DNA of 64,000 nucleotides from Moniliella sp. 'wahieum' (lineage: Eukaryota), in contig RSEE01000026.1 of the NCBI GenBank assembly GCA_003971905.1, positions 372,001-436,000 on the forward strand, given 5' to 3'. Below the pieces are notes generated by a model, which had not been told where the DNA came from, did no database searches, and saw only the letters and a list, made by a program, of their open reading frames with translations. Below are positions 12,161 to 26,310 of this stretch, piece after piece (position 1 is the first letter of the stretch; every line of letters starts with the position of its first letter). A program made the translations under genes and the position numbers.

Positions 12161-14128
12161 TCAGAAGTCGGCTTGGTCGACGGCTTGAACGAGAGTGGTG
12201 AAGAAACGCCACCCGTGAACAAGCGCGTCTTGGGGCAAGTGCTCGTTGACCGTGTGTGCGCCCCATCCACTCGGCAAATCCAGCACTTCCGGCGTAGGAG
12301 GGTTAACAGACGCGGGAGAGAAACGGAAGACATGCTTCGCCAAAGAATAGAACGACTTGCAGTCCGTGTTCCCAATGCTCAATGACGGATGCACCACAAT
12401 GCGACCGTCGCCACCAAGTCCTCGGACCAGACGTGACGGATGACACTCACCAGCAACCGCCACGGCTCCGCCTCAGCGCCGTCGACGGGAGTAGGAGGGG
12501 CTGGCTCGAGTGCCGATTCGTACGCATCCGACAAGACAATCGTACCCTTGATTGCGTCCATAGTTAAAGGCACGTACGAGAGGTTAGCCATCCCCCAGGC
12601 ATCCAGTGCCACACCTGCCGACTCGGCCACCGGCTTGAGAACCGTCGCAATGTGGTTCCGTACGCTCTGCACGTCCGCTCCAGGTTCGATCCGGTGGTTG
12701 ACAACAGCCGTCACACTCTCGGGGAGGGCATTGACCTACATGTACTATCAGTCAGTTTCGACCGAAAAGAGGGACAGAGTAAATACGCACCTTGACTCCA
12801 CCTTGGACCAGTCGACGGCCTGGGTGGTGGTAAACAGAACCTTCTGGTATGAGTCCATCAGGCCCAATGCTTGCTCTCGCAGCACATTAAGCATCTTGTC
12901 GTATCCCTTGTGCGGCAACCCCGCAGGCGGGGGATGGAGTTGGGCAAAGTGCAGACGAAGGAGTGCCTGCTTGAGCGGCCCTTCGATTCTCCCCAAGGCC
13001 ACGCCACACAACAGTTCGTCCCACCCATTGCTGTTCTCAGGCCCCGAGCCGGGCGCCGAGCGAAGCACAGGACTGTAAGGTTCTTTCTCAATGGCCACCA
13101 CGGCTTGGCTGAGGATGCCAATGCCCGTGTGCGGGGGCGGCACCGAACTGTGGCCCCCAGGCGTGTTGACTGCGACCGAAACATCCAAGTATCCCTTTTC
13201 AGACACAGCAGGCGCCGCCGTAGCTGGGATCTTGAGATCGACATTGGGCAGAACAAACTCACCCCCTCATCGACCAGCATGGCAATCGAGTCAAGCCCAT
13301 AGATCGACTGAATATGAGCCGCCAGGGCCCCGGCGCCTTCCGTTCCTGCCGCCTCTTCGTCAAAGCCAAAGCTGACCAAGATGGTTCGCTCTGGCTTAAA
13401 GTCGGCGTGGAGAAGGGATTGAAGGGAAGCAAGAATGGTCACCAGAGACGATTTGGTGTCCTCGGTGCCGCGCCCAAAGATATTGCCCTCATCGGTGATG
13501 TGGCCGCTGAACGGAGGATACACCCATGCATCGTATGTCGAAGGCTCCACAGGCACACATCTTGGTGCGCCATGAGCAAGAGGGGGCCAAGTGAGGTGTT
13601 GGAACCAGGCCACGTATACAGAAGCCCATGCTCGTTGACCAGCGTCAAGTTAATGGGCGAGTCGGGGCGGTGCAGGTCGGGAAAGGCTTTGGCCAGATAC
13701 GAACGGAACGGAGCAAAGAGTGGCTCCCAAAGCTCAGGATCCTCCTTGACCGGGGGCCAGGCGTCTCCAACCGACGTGTCAACCTGGACAGCACCTGACA
13801 GGAGCTTGGCCAACTGGTGCGCCTTAGGCTCTTTGAGCTTCTTCGCTCCCTTTCCAGGCTGATAAGGATCGTGCTGTGGGCAGAGACCATCGAGGGACGA
13901 AGCAGTCTGCTGCTCCACTAACGCATCGATCCAGGCCAAGTTGAACGTCGCTTCTGCCGATTCCGCGTGGGTGGTAGCGTCGCGCACGCCAGCCCAGGAC
14001 TGGTGGGTCACGCGGACCAAGCCAATGGCAAGGACCACAAGGACCAACAATCCGTACCGCCGGGCAAGCGAGGGACGAGAAGGCGTGGCCAGCGACGTTG
14101 GCAAGAGCAACTCCGCGTCTTTGCCCAT
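12161..14128 (-). CDS. CPS1: Vacuolar Gly-Xaa carboxypeptidase (M20A family, carboxypeptidase S-like)
   Basis: N-terminal TM segment; LLMAHQDV, GRGTEDTK, FGFDEE, DEG, GGHSSVPP, GNTD, HTVNE. Two short introns (~12736-12790, ~13206-13263). Confidence 0.9.
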
Positions 14129-16078
14129 CTTGAGAGAGAGGAGATGGAGGAAAGGAGGAGGAAACGAAGCGGCATCTGCAACATCACACGATATTTCCTC
14201 GAAACCCAAGTCGGAGCTGTCGGAGCACGGCGCCGGGTGGTTGCGCCGCGATAAGCGCCGCCAGGTGACTAGGTGACTAGGAAAAATAGTCCCGCGATCG
14301 GCAGTGAAACATTGATATCTGCATATCAGAACTCAGTTACACTCTCAGTCGTACTCAGTACGACGTTCATCACAGTGCAACTTAACAATAGCAAAACTGT
14401 AGTTGGTAACCGGTAACAGCATTACACTACCCCACATTATTGGACTTCCCTCATCTCGTTCAGCTACTGTACAGTACAGACATGCATCACCATATGTATG
14501 GGAAATGCATGCCAAGCCTCAGAAGGGTTGTGCGTGGCCTATAAGCACCTTGAACCAGTTCAATTCCAGAACGGATCTCCGCCAACATGCAACATCCGCC
14601 TGCCCCTCTCCTGTGTCCCTCTCTTTGATCCTCCGTTTGTAGGCCTATGCATGGTATCACGGTGGTACACCACAAAAGACCTGTTAAGACGGAGTTGTGA
14701 CTCTATAAGCGCATAGTAGACACATGCCACGCTCAAAAGGGGGGATATGAGCCCCCGGACTCATCACCTTTTTTGCTTCGTTATAGTTTCTCCACAATTC
14801 CACTGATGGCCTGATGCAAACATCACACATCCTACTATGCATATCGAGCGAGAGGCGACGCGCTAGCGTGTGCCCTCTCTTATGACTACGGTGTTTTCTC
14901 TTGAGGTTCATCAAAACCTAGGTTCACTACCCGACTCGAGGTACTAATAATACTTCTCTTTCTCAGAACCACATCCTCCACAGTCTCTTCCTACTACTTC
15001 AGCAGGAAATCTTTAGGGTGGCTCCTAAATCCCCTCTCCGTCAAGGTTTTTCCAGGTTGGGAAGGGGGGGCTGCTACGGAGAGCTCATGGCGCCGTTCCA
15101 GCAACTGATGAAGCAGTATTATATCTCATAGGACGTTCACCCCACATATAGAGTACTTCCGGAAACCGACTTGGCCAATTGTGGTAACTGTCGATTAGTT
15201 GTGTGGAAGCGATGCTGTAACCTATGAGACTGGTGCTAAACCATAGGTACACCTGACTCGCAGTATTTCGCGCTTGCCATCGCAGTATTCGCCACCAAAA
15301 AAATGACGGAGCTTCTCGCCGAGAAAAACACACGCCATGGGTGGCCTTCCATGCAACAAGAGCAAACTTCCTCTGCACTCTTTTTTGTGGCCCTTTTGTG
15401 GTTTGTGACCTTTTGGTTGGGACTTGGGGCGGCGTTAGAGGGGGGGCGGCTCATTCAAAATCTGTTAATACATCGCAATGGGGTATACATATAGCAGGAA
15501 CTTGTACCATCTTCACGCCTAGGGCGCTCTTTTGGATCAATATTGAATCGCACGCATTTGGTCTACCATGGGTAGATGGGATAGATGGGACGGGACGCCG
15601 ACGGAAACCGCAATCTCTCAATAACACTCTGTCCTCGAAAACCGCCTATAAAATCGCGAATAAGACACCACAGCGTGCATGAGCAACAGTGGTCTCTGTC
15701 CCTGCGAAGAGGTCGGGGCGGCGCTGGTGGGTACCGACGCAGAAGTATCACGAGACAGAATAAGGTCTGTACTGTAACATGTAACTGCTCTTCATCCAAT
15801 ACGAGGGGAAGGGGGAAAACACCAGTTGGGCGAAAAGGGTTGCCGTGCTGGCAGCGGCAGTTCTAATAGCTTTTCGGCACATTTCGACACAAATAGAATG
15901 AGACGCAACCGGACGCAACTTGACATGTTGACATTTGAAAGTTGAAATGCAACAGCTTGTGAGCTAATAACATTCAGAAGGCAGGGCGTGCATGACCTAA
16001 TCGGACTGGGACCTTGGGGCGGGTCGTCCCTGGACCTTTAGGGCACACCCTCCTTTGGACGGCTACCACTACCACGCC

Positions 16079-16727
16079 ATGATGTCGCTACGGCCGTGGA
16101 TGCGTCCAGGTATGGGCGTAGGTGCCAATTCGCGCCTTGCATTCGCACCCAGCTCTGTCCTGCTTCGACGCTTTCAGTCGACCGCCGCCCCGCCTCCCCC
16201 TGGCCCCTCGTCCCGGTTCTGCCCAAGCAGCTGCTGCTGCGCCGCCCAGCCCAGATCCCAACGAGACGCCTGAACAGCGTGCGCGGCGCTCGCGTCTTAC
16301 CCCTGGCACACCTGAATTTGATCAGCCAGCTCCGCTTGGCCTCTCGCCTGGACAACTGAGGGAGGAGATTCGAATTCGGGCGATCGCGAAAAAAGGCCCT
16401 CCTCCGAGTCTTGGCTTTACGCCCCGTGCCATCGTGGGCATTGTGGTGTCAGCACGGCAATCTTTGGTCTCATGTCCTACTTCCAAGATTCGCTCATGCC
16501 GAAGCGATTGCCTCCTCGCCCATCTCGCCGCAATGGGCGTACGATGAGTACCGCAAAGAGCAGGGGTGCCCCAACGTCGGTTGACAGCGGATGAAGAACG
16601 TGAATTCCGGATTCGGCAACAGTTCCGTCAACTCCAACATGTCCATACCCAGATGTTGTTGACCCAGCAAGAGTCTGGTGGCGGCGGTGCACCGGACCCG
16701 GTGTCCATGTCGTCGGACCAACAGTAG
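16079..16727 (+). CDS. Hypothetical single-pass protein with mitochondrial-presequence-like N-terminus
   Basis: MMSLRPWMRP..LLRRFQST start, a hydrophobic segment RAIVGIVVSA..IFGLMSYF and a charged C-terminal helix. Assembled across frameshifts; family not recognised. Confidence 0.45.
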
Positions 16728-16789
16728 AGAATGAGAATCGATGATTCAAACTCCAAAAGCTGGCACATTGTTTGCACTAGACTCTCTCA

Positions 16790-17905
16790 CTGCATCGGAC
16801 TCTCATCCTCTCCTGCCTCATTGACCTCATTGGCCGCCACTGGGGGTCCCAGTTTCTTGTTTTTACAATAGGTTTCGTGTGGCGATGTACAGCAAGTTCG
16901 ATTCAAGTTGACGTCCCGAATGTAGTATGAATAGGAAGCGAAAGGTGCACCAGAGAGCAATACATGCGAGCCCCCAGAAACAAGGATGACAGAAGAGAGC
17001 ATTTACACTACTGTGAGATACACTTCCCTAGCCCATTGCCGAGCCACGTGAGGATTGGAGTAAGATACTTCCTCATTGGCAGGTACCTCGTCGTCCATTC
17101 GCCTCGCCTGCTTGATTGGCCCATCCACGTCGGATCCCCGCAGATCCGAGGACGGTTTGGAGGTGTGTTCAGAGAAAACTCCTCGGTCGCGGACAAGTCC
17201 TCATCCGATCCGGCCGAGCTGTACTTCGTTGAGTCGGTTTGAACGGACGTAGCCGAGGCGTGCCTGGAGCGCGGGCGGGTAAACGTCAAGACGGAATGGT
17301 ACGGCAAAGGCTTCGGCTCAGGTCGTCGGCCACGACCAGGATAGGAAGAAGTGTACTGGGTCCGTGACCGCGAACTGGACCTCGATGCACTAGGACGGAG
17401 ATAATGATGGGCAAAGTTATATTGCCAACCCGATGCAGGTGCATAACTCGGGTCGTTTTCCCATTGCTCGGAGAGGTCAACGTGTGCACGCTCACTGCCG
17501 CTTTCAGCGGTTGGCTCGACTTGGTAGGTCGGGGCAAGGCAGGACTGAAACGGGGTGGCCATGGACGTGAACGGCCTCGGGAGGCGAAACTGAAGAACTG
17601 GCGCGAGGAACGTCTTGGTCAAAGGACTGTCCCGCCCACGGAGCATTGAGAGCGCGGTGCTTTCCCTTGGTACTGTTGGTGGGCGCGTCACTGCAACCAG
17701 CGCTGGTGCTGTGGGTAGAGGCAGGGGCAATGACGGAGGGGTCAATGGCAAAGTGGGTACGCGGACCCAGACGCGCATCAAGCTGGTGCCGGAATTGGGC
17801 ACGACCACGCCAACTGTCGCTGGCGGTGGGATCGGTGGGGAGGGAGGCCGCAGTGCCTGGGGCGCTGTTTTGGGCGGCAGCGAGCAAGCCGACGGAAAGG
17901 GGCAT
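16790..17905 (-). CDS. Hypothetical S/P-rich protein
   Basis: Long overlapping minus-strand ORFs (17008-18114, 17504-18160) with coding-like composition. No recognisable domain; boundaries uncertain. Confidence 0.3.
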
Positions 17906-19226
17906 GGTGAAGGTGAAGTGATGTTCAACAATCCAAGAGGGTGTGATGAATACGAGTGGTGGCGCTGGTGGGACAGGGCTGGGGACGGGGTAGACAAGAG
18001 GTCGGTGGTGGGAGGTAGCGATGCTTTTGTAGTGTCTGTCGGGCACAAGCTGAGCGCAGAAAATCCCGGCGAACAAAACCAGCAATGGAAGCACACCGGC
18101 AAGCGCAAACGCAACGAGGAGCTGACGGTTTTGAGCGGATGAGGCGCACATGGAAATCACTCACCTTTAGTACCACGTTGACGTGCGCCCCGACGGGATC
18201 CGCTTGAGGGCTAGAGGTGCTCTAGCCTGAGACTCTGGTCTGAGGCCGGCGTGGAGCGTGAAGCGGGCACAGGCTGAGCTGCCTCACGCGGCCTCACGGG
18301 GATTTCCCAAAAAAAACCTGCAAGTGCGAGCGCCGGGAGTATCGAGCACGTTGCTGCCACCTCATCGGAATATCGACCATGGATCATCGGGTCATGGAGA
18401 TCATCGACGCGCGCACCGGGGCACATGGGCACGTGGTCCAGCCCAGACGGGACAGCGGAGTTGTGTGTAGCACAGCCCCCGGTGGCCACCTCCAATTGGC
18501 CGACGCACGTCTACGCACGCAATTGGCAGCCTGGGTGGGGCCGGCTATTAAAGTGGGATTTCTTGCATGTCGTGTGCCGCGCGCACACGTGCTTTCTCCG
18601 CCTCGGCTCGCACGCCATCCGACGCCATCGGCCCGCGGCCACCGGCCAACATTTCAATACCAGCTGAGTGCCAAGTCACGGGATGGATGGTTGGACGTGG
18701 CACTAGGGTTGGGCTGGAGGATGCGACATGACACTAGGGTTAGTGATTCTTTCAAAAGTATGTTTGTGGCAACGTTCAAACGTTCAACCCAGTCGGATCC
18801 ACATGCCGCTGTGCGACCTGCTCCGCCTGCGACGCATCCACCGACCGCCAACTGTATGCGCCTGACAACAACACCCAGCCTGCACCGGACGCATCGGCGC
18901 GGTGCAGTGCATATAACACCCCCCGCGTCACGTGCCGGGTGCCCTGGCTGCCCCACACCGCGACGGACGGTGCAGGGCCGATGCAAGGCAGCGTGCCAAA
19001 AGTCAATGTAGCCTCTTTTCCTTGTTGCTCTGTGCGCAAACCTAATCGGGTGTTGCATGCTAGGGGCGCACCGCCATGCTCCCTGCATCGGCAGCGTCCT
19101 CCTGCCGCCATGAGCTGCATGCAGCGTCTTGCTCCACATCCTGGCTGATGAACCCACCCGCGCGCTGCCATCCACCCCACACCCCACACCCCCCTGCCCT
19201 CCACTCTCCCTCATCTCTCCCACCAC

Positions 19227-21441
19227 ATGGCTACCGTAGCAGGCGACTCCAACCAAGATGGTAGTGCTCTGCCCGACGCTGCTTCGTCGGCGTCGCGCCT
19301 GTGCTCCGCCTCCTCGCCCGCCGCTCCGGCGACAATCTCCGCCGCTGGGCCCGCCGTCTTGCTGCCCCGCTGGAACCCCCACCACCAGCTCCCCCGATGA
19401 CCAGGATCTTTCCACTCCACAGCCGACCTGCCTGCCCCTGCCCGCTTCCTCGTCCCAGTCGACTGGTGCGCGTCCTACCACGCCCTCTTGGCCCGAACGG
19501 CCAAGTCCATCGCTGGTTTCGGTCATTCCCGATCTCTCAGCTCACTCCAAGCGCTCCAGTCCAGTGTCTCGTCCGAACCAACCACTCTCAGTGACCCTTT
19601 CCACAATCGCAGCTGCGACCGTCAGCCCGCTGACGCCCCCAAGATGGACCGCATCCTTTTGCCGTTGAGTGCAAGTGGGTTGCTCAATAAGGATGCTACA
19701 TCCAATAGCACCACAGTAGCCCAGCCTGGCGCATCAGCTTTGATGCATCGATCCGCATCAGCCGTGGGCTTGCAAAACCCCTCTTGGGACATCAATCCCC
19801 AAGCGGATGGTGGCAGCGTGCTCGAGGCAGATGGGACTGTCCCTCCACAATCGGCCCTGTCCCACTCAACGCGGACCAGTAGCCTGACCGACTCGCACGA
19901 GGAAGGGAGTTGTTTTTTGCAGCCGCACTCTTGCTTCTGCCTGAGGTGCCAGAGCCGTTGGATTCCTTGGTTGGGCACTTGAGTGTTAGCGGGCAGCCAG
20001 GTTCGTTGATGCAAGGGTCGAATCCAGATTCGGATGATTGGGCCACACCTTGCCAATCCCCTACCGTCTACTATTCGGCGCCTGCCCCTCCAACGCGGCC
20101 CAGATCAAACACGACGCCTTCCCCCCCCCTGACTCGCGAGAACAGTGAAAAGTCCAATTCGAGTGGGTCGGTCGGGAAGTCTTATGCCCCCCCCCCTCCT
20201 ACGGCCATTAGTCCCGTCCATCGTACCACATCTACCTCCTCTAGCAGGGGCGGGCACACGTTCCCTCCTCCTTCCTCCTGGCCCCTGGCCCGGCGGGGAG
20301 TCAGTCTTAATGCCCTTGGTGCATCAAGTGGTGGTGGCATACATGATGGCCCGAAATGGGGAACCAACAGGGCTGAATACCCCCCCTCCATCCCACCTCG
20401 CTCCAAGGGCAGCCTCCCGCAGGGACAATCCGACTCGGCTCTGGATCTGACGGGATGGAGGGAACAGCCCAATGCAACGCGTATGGGAAGCCGGATTTCC
20501 TTTGTCGATTCGTCTTTACCGGCCTCGATGACCGGAAGCTTAGCGACACTTTCATCGGTTGTGATGGGTGCAGCTCCTCCACAGGACCCACCTCTGCCCC
20601 GGAAGCGCTCCCAGACCTATGATCAGATTGAGGTACCCCTCTTCCATCATCCAACAACTTGAATGAGTCCGTCCCAGCGGCACATCACGCCCGAACCCGA
20701 TCTTGGACCGTGGGAACATATGCTACTTTCTCCTCTTCACGCACCCTAGTCACACCACCTCTGTCCAGACAAGCCACTGGTCGTCGGCTTCAAAGCGACG
20801 GAACCCAGGTCAAAGAAACCGTCAGAAACCAATTTTTCTCTTCCCGCTTGAGTCATGTTAAGTCATCAACAGACCTGACTTCTACCCAGCGTTGGTCCAA
20901 GCCCCCACCAGCAGTCATTCCAGGATCACGTCTCCGCTCTTCCGACTCAGCAACCTCGTCAAGTTCGAGTTTCGGCATGGGACTCAATAAGTTGGCTATG
21001 TCCATCAAAACGGGCGTTCTTTCAGCAAGTTCATTGTCTTTGACACGCAATGGTTCGACGCGAGCCGTACGAAGCGATGATTCAGCACCGGACCCAGCCA
21101 CAGTTCCTCCCTCCCCGTCGCATGCTCTCCCCCTGGAGTCTTCGCATCCCGATCTTCAATCCCCGCCTTTCTTGGCACGCCGAGGCACATTTTCCCGCAA
21201 ACGGAAGCAAGCGATGAACACCCACCGTCCCCCGCAGCAACCACCCCACCAGTTGGGCAACACTGCCCCCGATATACCTCGTCGCACCCAGTCGGAAGCC
21301 AACCTGCTCTCCTTTATGGCCGCCAGCGATGCTCCTTGCCCCGGTCGGATCAAAATGACGCAACCCGCCTCTCTTAGCTTGCCAGTACACAAGCGGCTCA
21401 AGGGCCTCTTCCTGCGCATGAAGTTCGATGAGCAATCGTGA
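19227..21441 (+). CDS. Hypothetical Ser/Pro/Thr-rich disordered protein
   Basis: Chain of abutting + ORFs (19258, 19488, 19910, 20659) of consistent composition ending KRLKGLFLRMKFDEQS*, followed by a pyrimidine-rich 3' region. Confidence 0.55.
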
Positions 21442-21850
21442 CTATGTCACTGTCATATAGTTTCCCCCATTTGTCTTCTCCCTGATGCTTCATCTCTCCA
21501 CTGACATTCGTTTTCTCTGACCCTACCAATTTGAATCAGAGCACCCCGCGGTGTTCCCCTTTCTCTTTTGCTTAACAATGTCTGATTGTGCTCTGATGGC
21601 TACACCTACACCATCCCCCCCTAACCTGTATTCCTTTCACTACACCCCTGCTAAGTTCCTTTGACCCTGTCCTGACTCTTCTGATCCTGTACCTCTGTCA
21701 ATTTGGCAGAAACACTATGAGCTGCCCAAGGGTTGGGCCTCATTCTCCGCTTGTCCGTTTACCAACTAGAATAGCTGAAGTAGACTCGCGTATGACATGG
21801 ATAGAGATGATGGAACCAATAGCAACGTGCATTATCAATCATGGATGGGC

Positions 21851-23162
21851 TTAATCGGTCCGAATGACAAACCCAGCATCCGTCACGTCGCATGAAGCTG
21901 GTCGGCAGATACATGGTCTGGCAAAACAATGGTCCTGCTGATCGAGCTGACCGAGTCAGCCTCGGAACTGTCCGAATCGGAATCCGTATCGTGAGGAAGC
22001 AGAATCTCTTCTCCCGACTCGTCCACGTCCCGAACGTGCGCGCACGGGCTCGACTCCGTCCCGGACTCGACGCCGATCCCAATGGCCACAGACCCGAGAT
22101 GGTAACGCGCTTCCCGTCCACCTCCACCGAAATCCGATCCACATCAATCTTGCTCGAATCGCCTAGAAGCGCCTCGGTGAAAGGGTGGAAAAATAGTGTA
22201 GACTCCTCGCGGGCCGAGAGGATGGGAGAAGCTGGCGCCGCAGCTGGTGCGGACAAACTTGGGACGGCTTCAGTTGGCTTGGGCGTGCTCGCAACCGGAG
22301 CCTCATCCCTTTCTACGGTGAGTGATGGCTGCAACCGCGGTCGTGGCTGCTCTACACCGTCCTCTGGGGATTCAGAAGCGGTAGAGTACCCTTCAAGCTC
22401 CGAACCGTCATCCGAAGGGTCGGTTGCCTCATCTGGGTTCACGTCCTCGTCTGAATCGTGTTGTGACACAGACTCGTCTTGTTCATCATTGTCATCTTGC
22501 TCATCTTGCTCATCTTGTTCGTATTGCTCATCGTGCTCCGGTTCCGGGGCGAGACTGTTGTCGTCCGAATCCGACCCAGGGGCAAAGAGAGCGCGCAAAA
22601 AGTCGTCAAGATCGGTTGCATGGGGGGAAATCGCAGCTGAATCCAAGTAGGGCACCAGCGAATCGAACGGGGTTGACTGGGTCTCGGGGACCAGACAAGT
22701 TGGCTGTGGTGGGCCAGGGACCGAGGACGGCGCAGCCTTAGCTCACGGGCACGCTGCCGTTGTTCCTTGAGTTCAAGGGCACGCAAGCGTTGTCGTTGCT
22801 GCTCCTCAAGCTGGTGGGCACGCAGCTGCTCTTGTAGGTGTTCTTCCATCTGAATTGCACGCAGCTGCGCTTGCCGCTGTTGGCGGGCAAAGCACGGCGT
22901 TGGCGGCGCTCTAGCTCTTCCGCTGCCTGGCGCCGAGCCGCCTCGATCCGCATGACACGCGCCGCAAGCGCTTCCTGGCGCTGAAGTTGCACGCGTTCAC
23001 GACGTGCGTGTTCTTGTTGGAAACGAGCATGCTTGGGCGAAGATCGGAAGGGTCGATAGATAATTTGGTGAGGCGCATCGACATAGCGTTGCGGGCATAG
23101 CAGTGCTGATGGCGCGCTGGTGGGACAGGCGCGACGGGCGGGCTGAAGACGAGGAGTGGCAT
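21851..23162 (-). CDS. Coiled-coil/acidic protein with C-terminal HSP20 (alpha-crystallin)-like domain
   Basis: Q/E/R coiled coil and D/E tract, then KIDVDRISVEVDGKRVTISG and SRTIVLPDHVSADQLHAT..DAGFVI, which resemble alpha-crystallin strands. Confidence 0.5.
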
Positions 23163-23809
23163 GGTAGTGGAGAGAAGGTGTGGTGTGGAGAAGGGAAGGA
23201 GGAAGGTCATCCTGCCTGCCTTTATATCCACAGCTGGGCGCCCTCATCGATCTGGAACTGCCGTCGCCGGGGCCAGGTCGAAGGTCGCCGACAACGGTGG
23301 TAGCGTCGCGCGGCCGCTGCTGGAAGGTGCGAGAACAGTAGGGAAAGGCCTGGAAAGCTGGGGCACAGGCCCAGTGAGCAAGGCTTACGTACGAACCTAT
23401 TGCCAGGAATATACCCCGCACTGGGACCCGGCTTGGGTACGACAACAGATTTCAAATTTCACACCCGCCAATGGATTTCTTGTTCGGAATTAATTGGTGG
23501 AGCACGCCTGTGGTATCGCTGAGATCTCTCGGAAGCGATCCGCTCGGACGAGGATCAAGGTGACCGGCCTCGTCAACTATCTCGAACAACTCCTCGCCGT
23601 CTAAGTGAATTTTGAAGAGTCCAATGGATGGCATGGACTGAGCTCGTTGAGCTCGTTGAGCGGAAGATGAGGGGGAGTGCAGAAGCCTGCGCCATCTCTG
23701 GTCTCTACCAAGGATGCTGCGTCTCCCTCTGCGCACATCGCACCGCACTGGCGCACGAAGGGGCCTGAGTCTCAGGCCTCACCCTGAGGCCTGAACGGGG
23801 CAAGACGAT

Positions 23810-23892
23810 AACAGAATACAAATACAAATACCAATACAAACGAAGTATGATACATTGGTTACTTGTACGATACGATACGATACGATACGATC
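23810..23892. repeat. Short tandem repeats (AATACA)n and (GATAC)n
   Basis: aatacaaatacaaataccaatacaaa and tacgatacgatacgatacgatacgat are visible directly. Confidence 0.9.
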
Positions 23893-23899
23893 CGCCACA

Positions 23900-26310
23900 G
23901 TCCGCAACCTCAGCCAAGGTAGTACAGTCCTGTTTCGTGGGCCAACGGGGTGGGAGGATTGGTGCTGCAGCCAGGTGGGTCCTGGGGCAGGTCGGCCAAG
24001 CTCAAGCCCCGCATGGCCACATGGGCGCGGTGCGGGAACGGTCCGGAGGTAAGTCCCATCCCAGCAGGGGGGGAGGAGGAGGAGCCGCGTGCTGGTCCCC
24101 ACCGTACCCGTACTCCCACTCTCCATAGCTTCGCGCACTCGACGGGGGAGTTCCCACCCACGATCCCGGCATCGTATCCATCGTGCTGTCCTCCTCTGCT
24201 TCAGGTGGGTTGGTGTGGAAGGGCGAGGGGGCATACGGATGCGGCAAGGGGTGCAATAATAAAGAGGTGCGCGAAGGTGGGGTTTCGGGAGAGTGGTAGG
24301 ACTGGCTAGTTCGCAAGGACGTTTGGCTAAACGTCGGTTCCGTGTCAGTGCAATCGTCCTCCGACTCTTCACTTCCTGCAGTCGCCTGCTCCGAGTCGGA
24401 CCGGGCAACGTATTCCCCATCGGACAAGGCCGCCAACGTCGCTTCGGCCTCTCCCGAGCGGTTGCCACGGACCAAAGAACGGGATCCACGCGCTTTAAGA
24501 GACGTTTCAGACGTTACTTGCCACACTTTGAGGCGGGGAGGCGGTACCGGCCGTAGCCACTGTTGACGGGGCCCTGGTGGGCTGCGCAGAGCGAAAGGCA
24601 GCTAGACCAGGGCCAAAAGAGAGTGAAAGGGGCATGGGCAATTCACCTGGCGCCAACGCCAAGCGGGGTAAGGATCGAACGGGAACCAAGGGGTAGAACC
24701 AAAGTTGTCTGCTCCCGTGGTCGAGGTACCGTGACGGATGGAGTCGCCATCCTCCTCCCCTGCAACCAAACCATCCTCGCCATCGGTAACGCCACCACGA
24801 ATATCGTCACTGTCGCCATCGCTTTCTTCGTCGATCGAGCCGGCGGGGCGATGGACGGTAGCGGTGATCATATCCCAGTGATGAAGCGTACGAAGCGGGG
24901 GGAGCGTTCAGTTCACTCACATCCGCTCCGCTACCAGCCTCACTCGGGGCGACCGAGACGCTGACATTGGTCTGGTGTTCGACTTCTTCCATAATAGGCT
25001 CGCCTATATCCCCTCCTAACGGAGCCGCAGGGGGGAGGCCACCGACCGAATCGACAGAGGTGGCAGCAATTGAAGTGCCGGCAAAGCTTGTCGCACGCTC
25101 ACCATACGGTGAATCGATCCCGCTGCGAGCCGATCCCACTCCATAAGAGGAAGAGGCCGTAGATTCGGACTGGAACGAGGCAGAACGAGCCCTCATCAAA
25201 GGGAGAGGTACAGAGACACCTCCAGTCCTTCAGTCCGAAGAGTGTATTCGGGTCCCGAGCGTAGTCGTGATCGTGGAGAGGCAACGTCAAACGAACTGGA
25301 ACTGCGCCCCGCTGGACTGGAGGGCGTGAGTCTGATGAAGTGCTAGCGGTGGCCATACTGCGAACATCAGGATCCGACCCAATAGTAGCAGCGATAGAGG
25401 CAGGCGCTTGAGAGGATCGTGCGGGGCGAAGAGGGTAGAGGGAATGGTTGTGCCCAAATGCGGGGACCAGAGTGGTACGAGAAGGGGACGAGCAGGAACC
25501 ATCATAGATGGGTGAAGCGAGAGATTCGAGCCCGAGGCAGCCAGCAAACCTCCAAAGGCAAATGTGTTACGGGCAAACGGATCAGAACGTTCAGTCATGG
25601 TTAGGCGGGGAGGAGTCATGGTGCCTCGGCTGGCCATGGGCGACATGAGCGGGGGAGACAAGCCACGGACACTCTCGGCTTCGGATGAGAGGAGGACCGC
25701 GTCAGGATCGAGCGGGGTGGCCAATGCCCCCTCTTCGTCGTCCGCATCGTTATCTCCCTCGGTCGGGTGGTCGTCATCGACAGTCGAGGGCGGGCTTCCG
25801 GGGGCTTGTACAGAAACAGAGTAGATGGATGCGGCACTGGGGGTCGGCAGTCGGAAATTGGACGCACGGGGATCGAGTTCGGGGGGCACACCGGCTGAGT
25901 AGGGGAGGGAGGGAAAAGAGGGTCAGCAGACATGTCTATGCCATCCTGTCTGACAGTGGTGCACACACCAATTGCCTCGCCACGGCGGCCAAAGTGGCCG
26001 ACACTGTTGGAGGAGGAGGGATGGAGGCGCCAGTGGGGGTTGAGGCCGAGGGACGGGGGGCGGGTGGGCGCTGGAGGGGGTCGAGCTGGCGCAGGCGGCG
26101 TGCGGCGGCGAACTGGGCCGCGCTGAGAGCGTCGTCGTCGTGTGCCGGGGGAGGGAGGGGGGCGGCATAGCTGGGGGCGGCAGAGGAGACATGCTCGAGC
26201 GCATGGGGCGTGAGGGTGGCGGTGGTGGCCGTGGCGTCGAGCATGGCGGCAGTGGTGGGCGGGAGGGAGGAGCGGGCGTCGGGTAATGGAGGGTGCATGT
26301 GATCAGGCAT
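23900..26310 (-). CDS. Hypothetical S/P/D-rich protein
   Basis: Consecutive minus-strand ORFs (25936, 25287, 24807, 24602, 24002). Intron ~25895-25970 with a GCTGAC branch point and pyrimidine tract. No family recognised. Confidence 0.55.

Noticed and set aside
18700..18745. TAGGGTT(A/G)G telomere-like words (also 33661, 39427, 51711)
   Set aside because: They are single units, not arrays, so not interstitial telomeres. At most they are weak telobox candidates.
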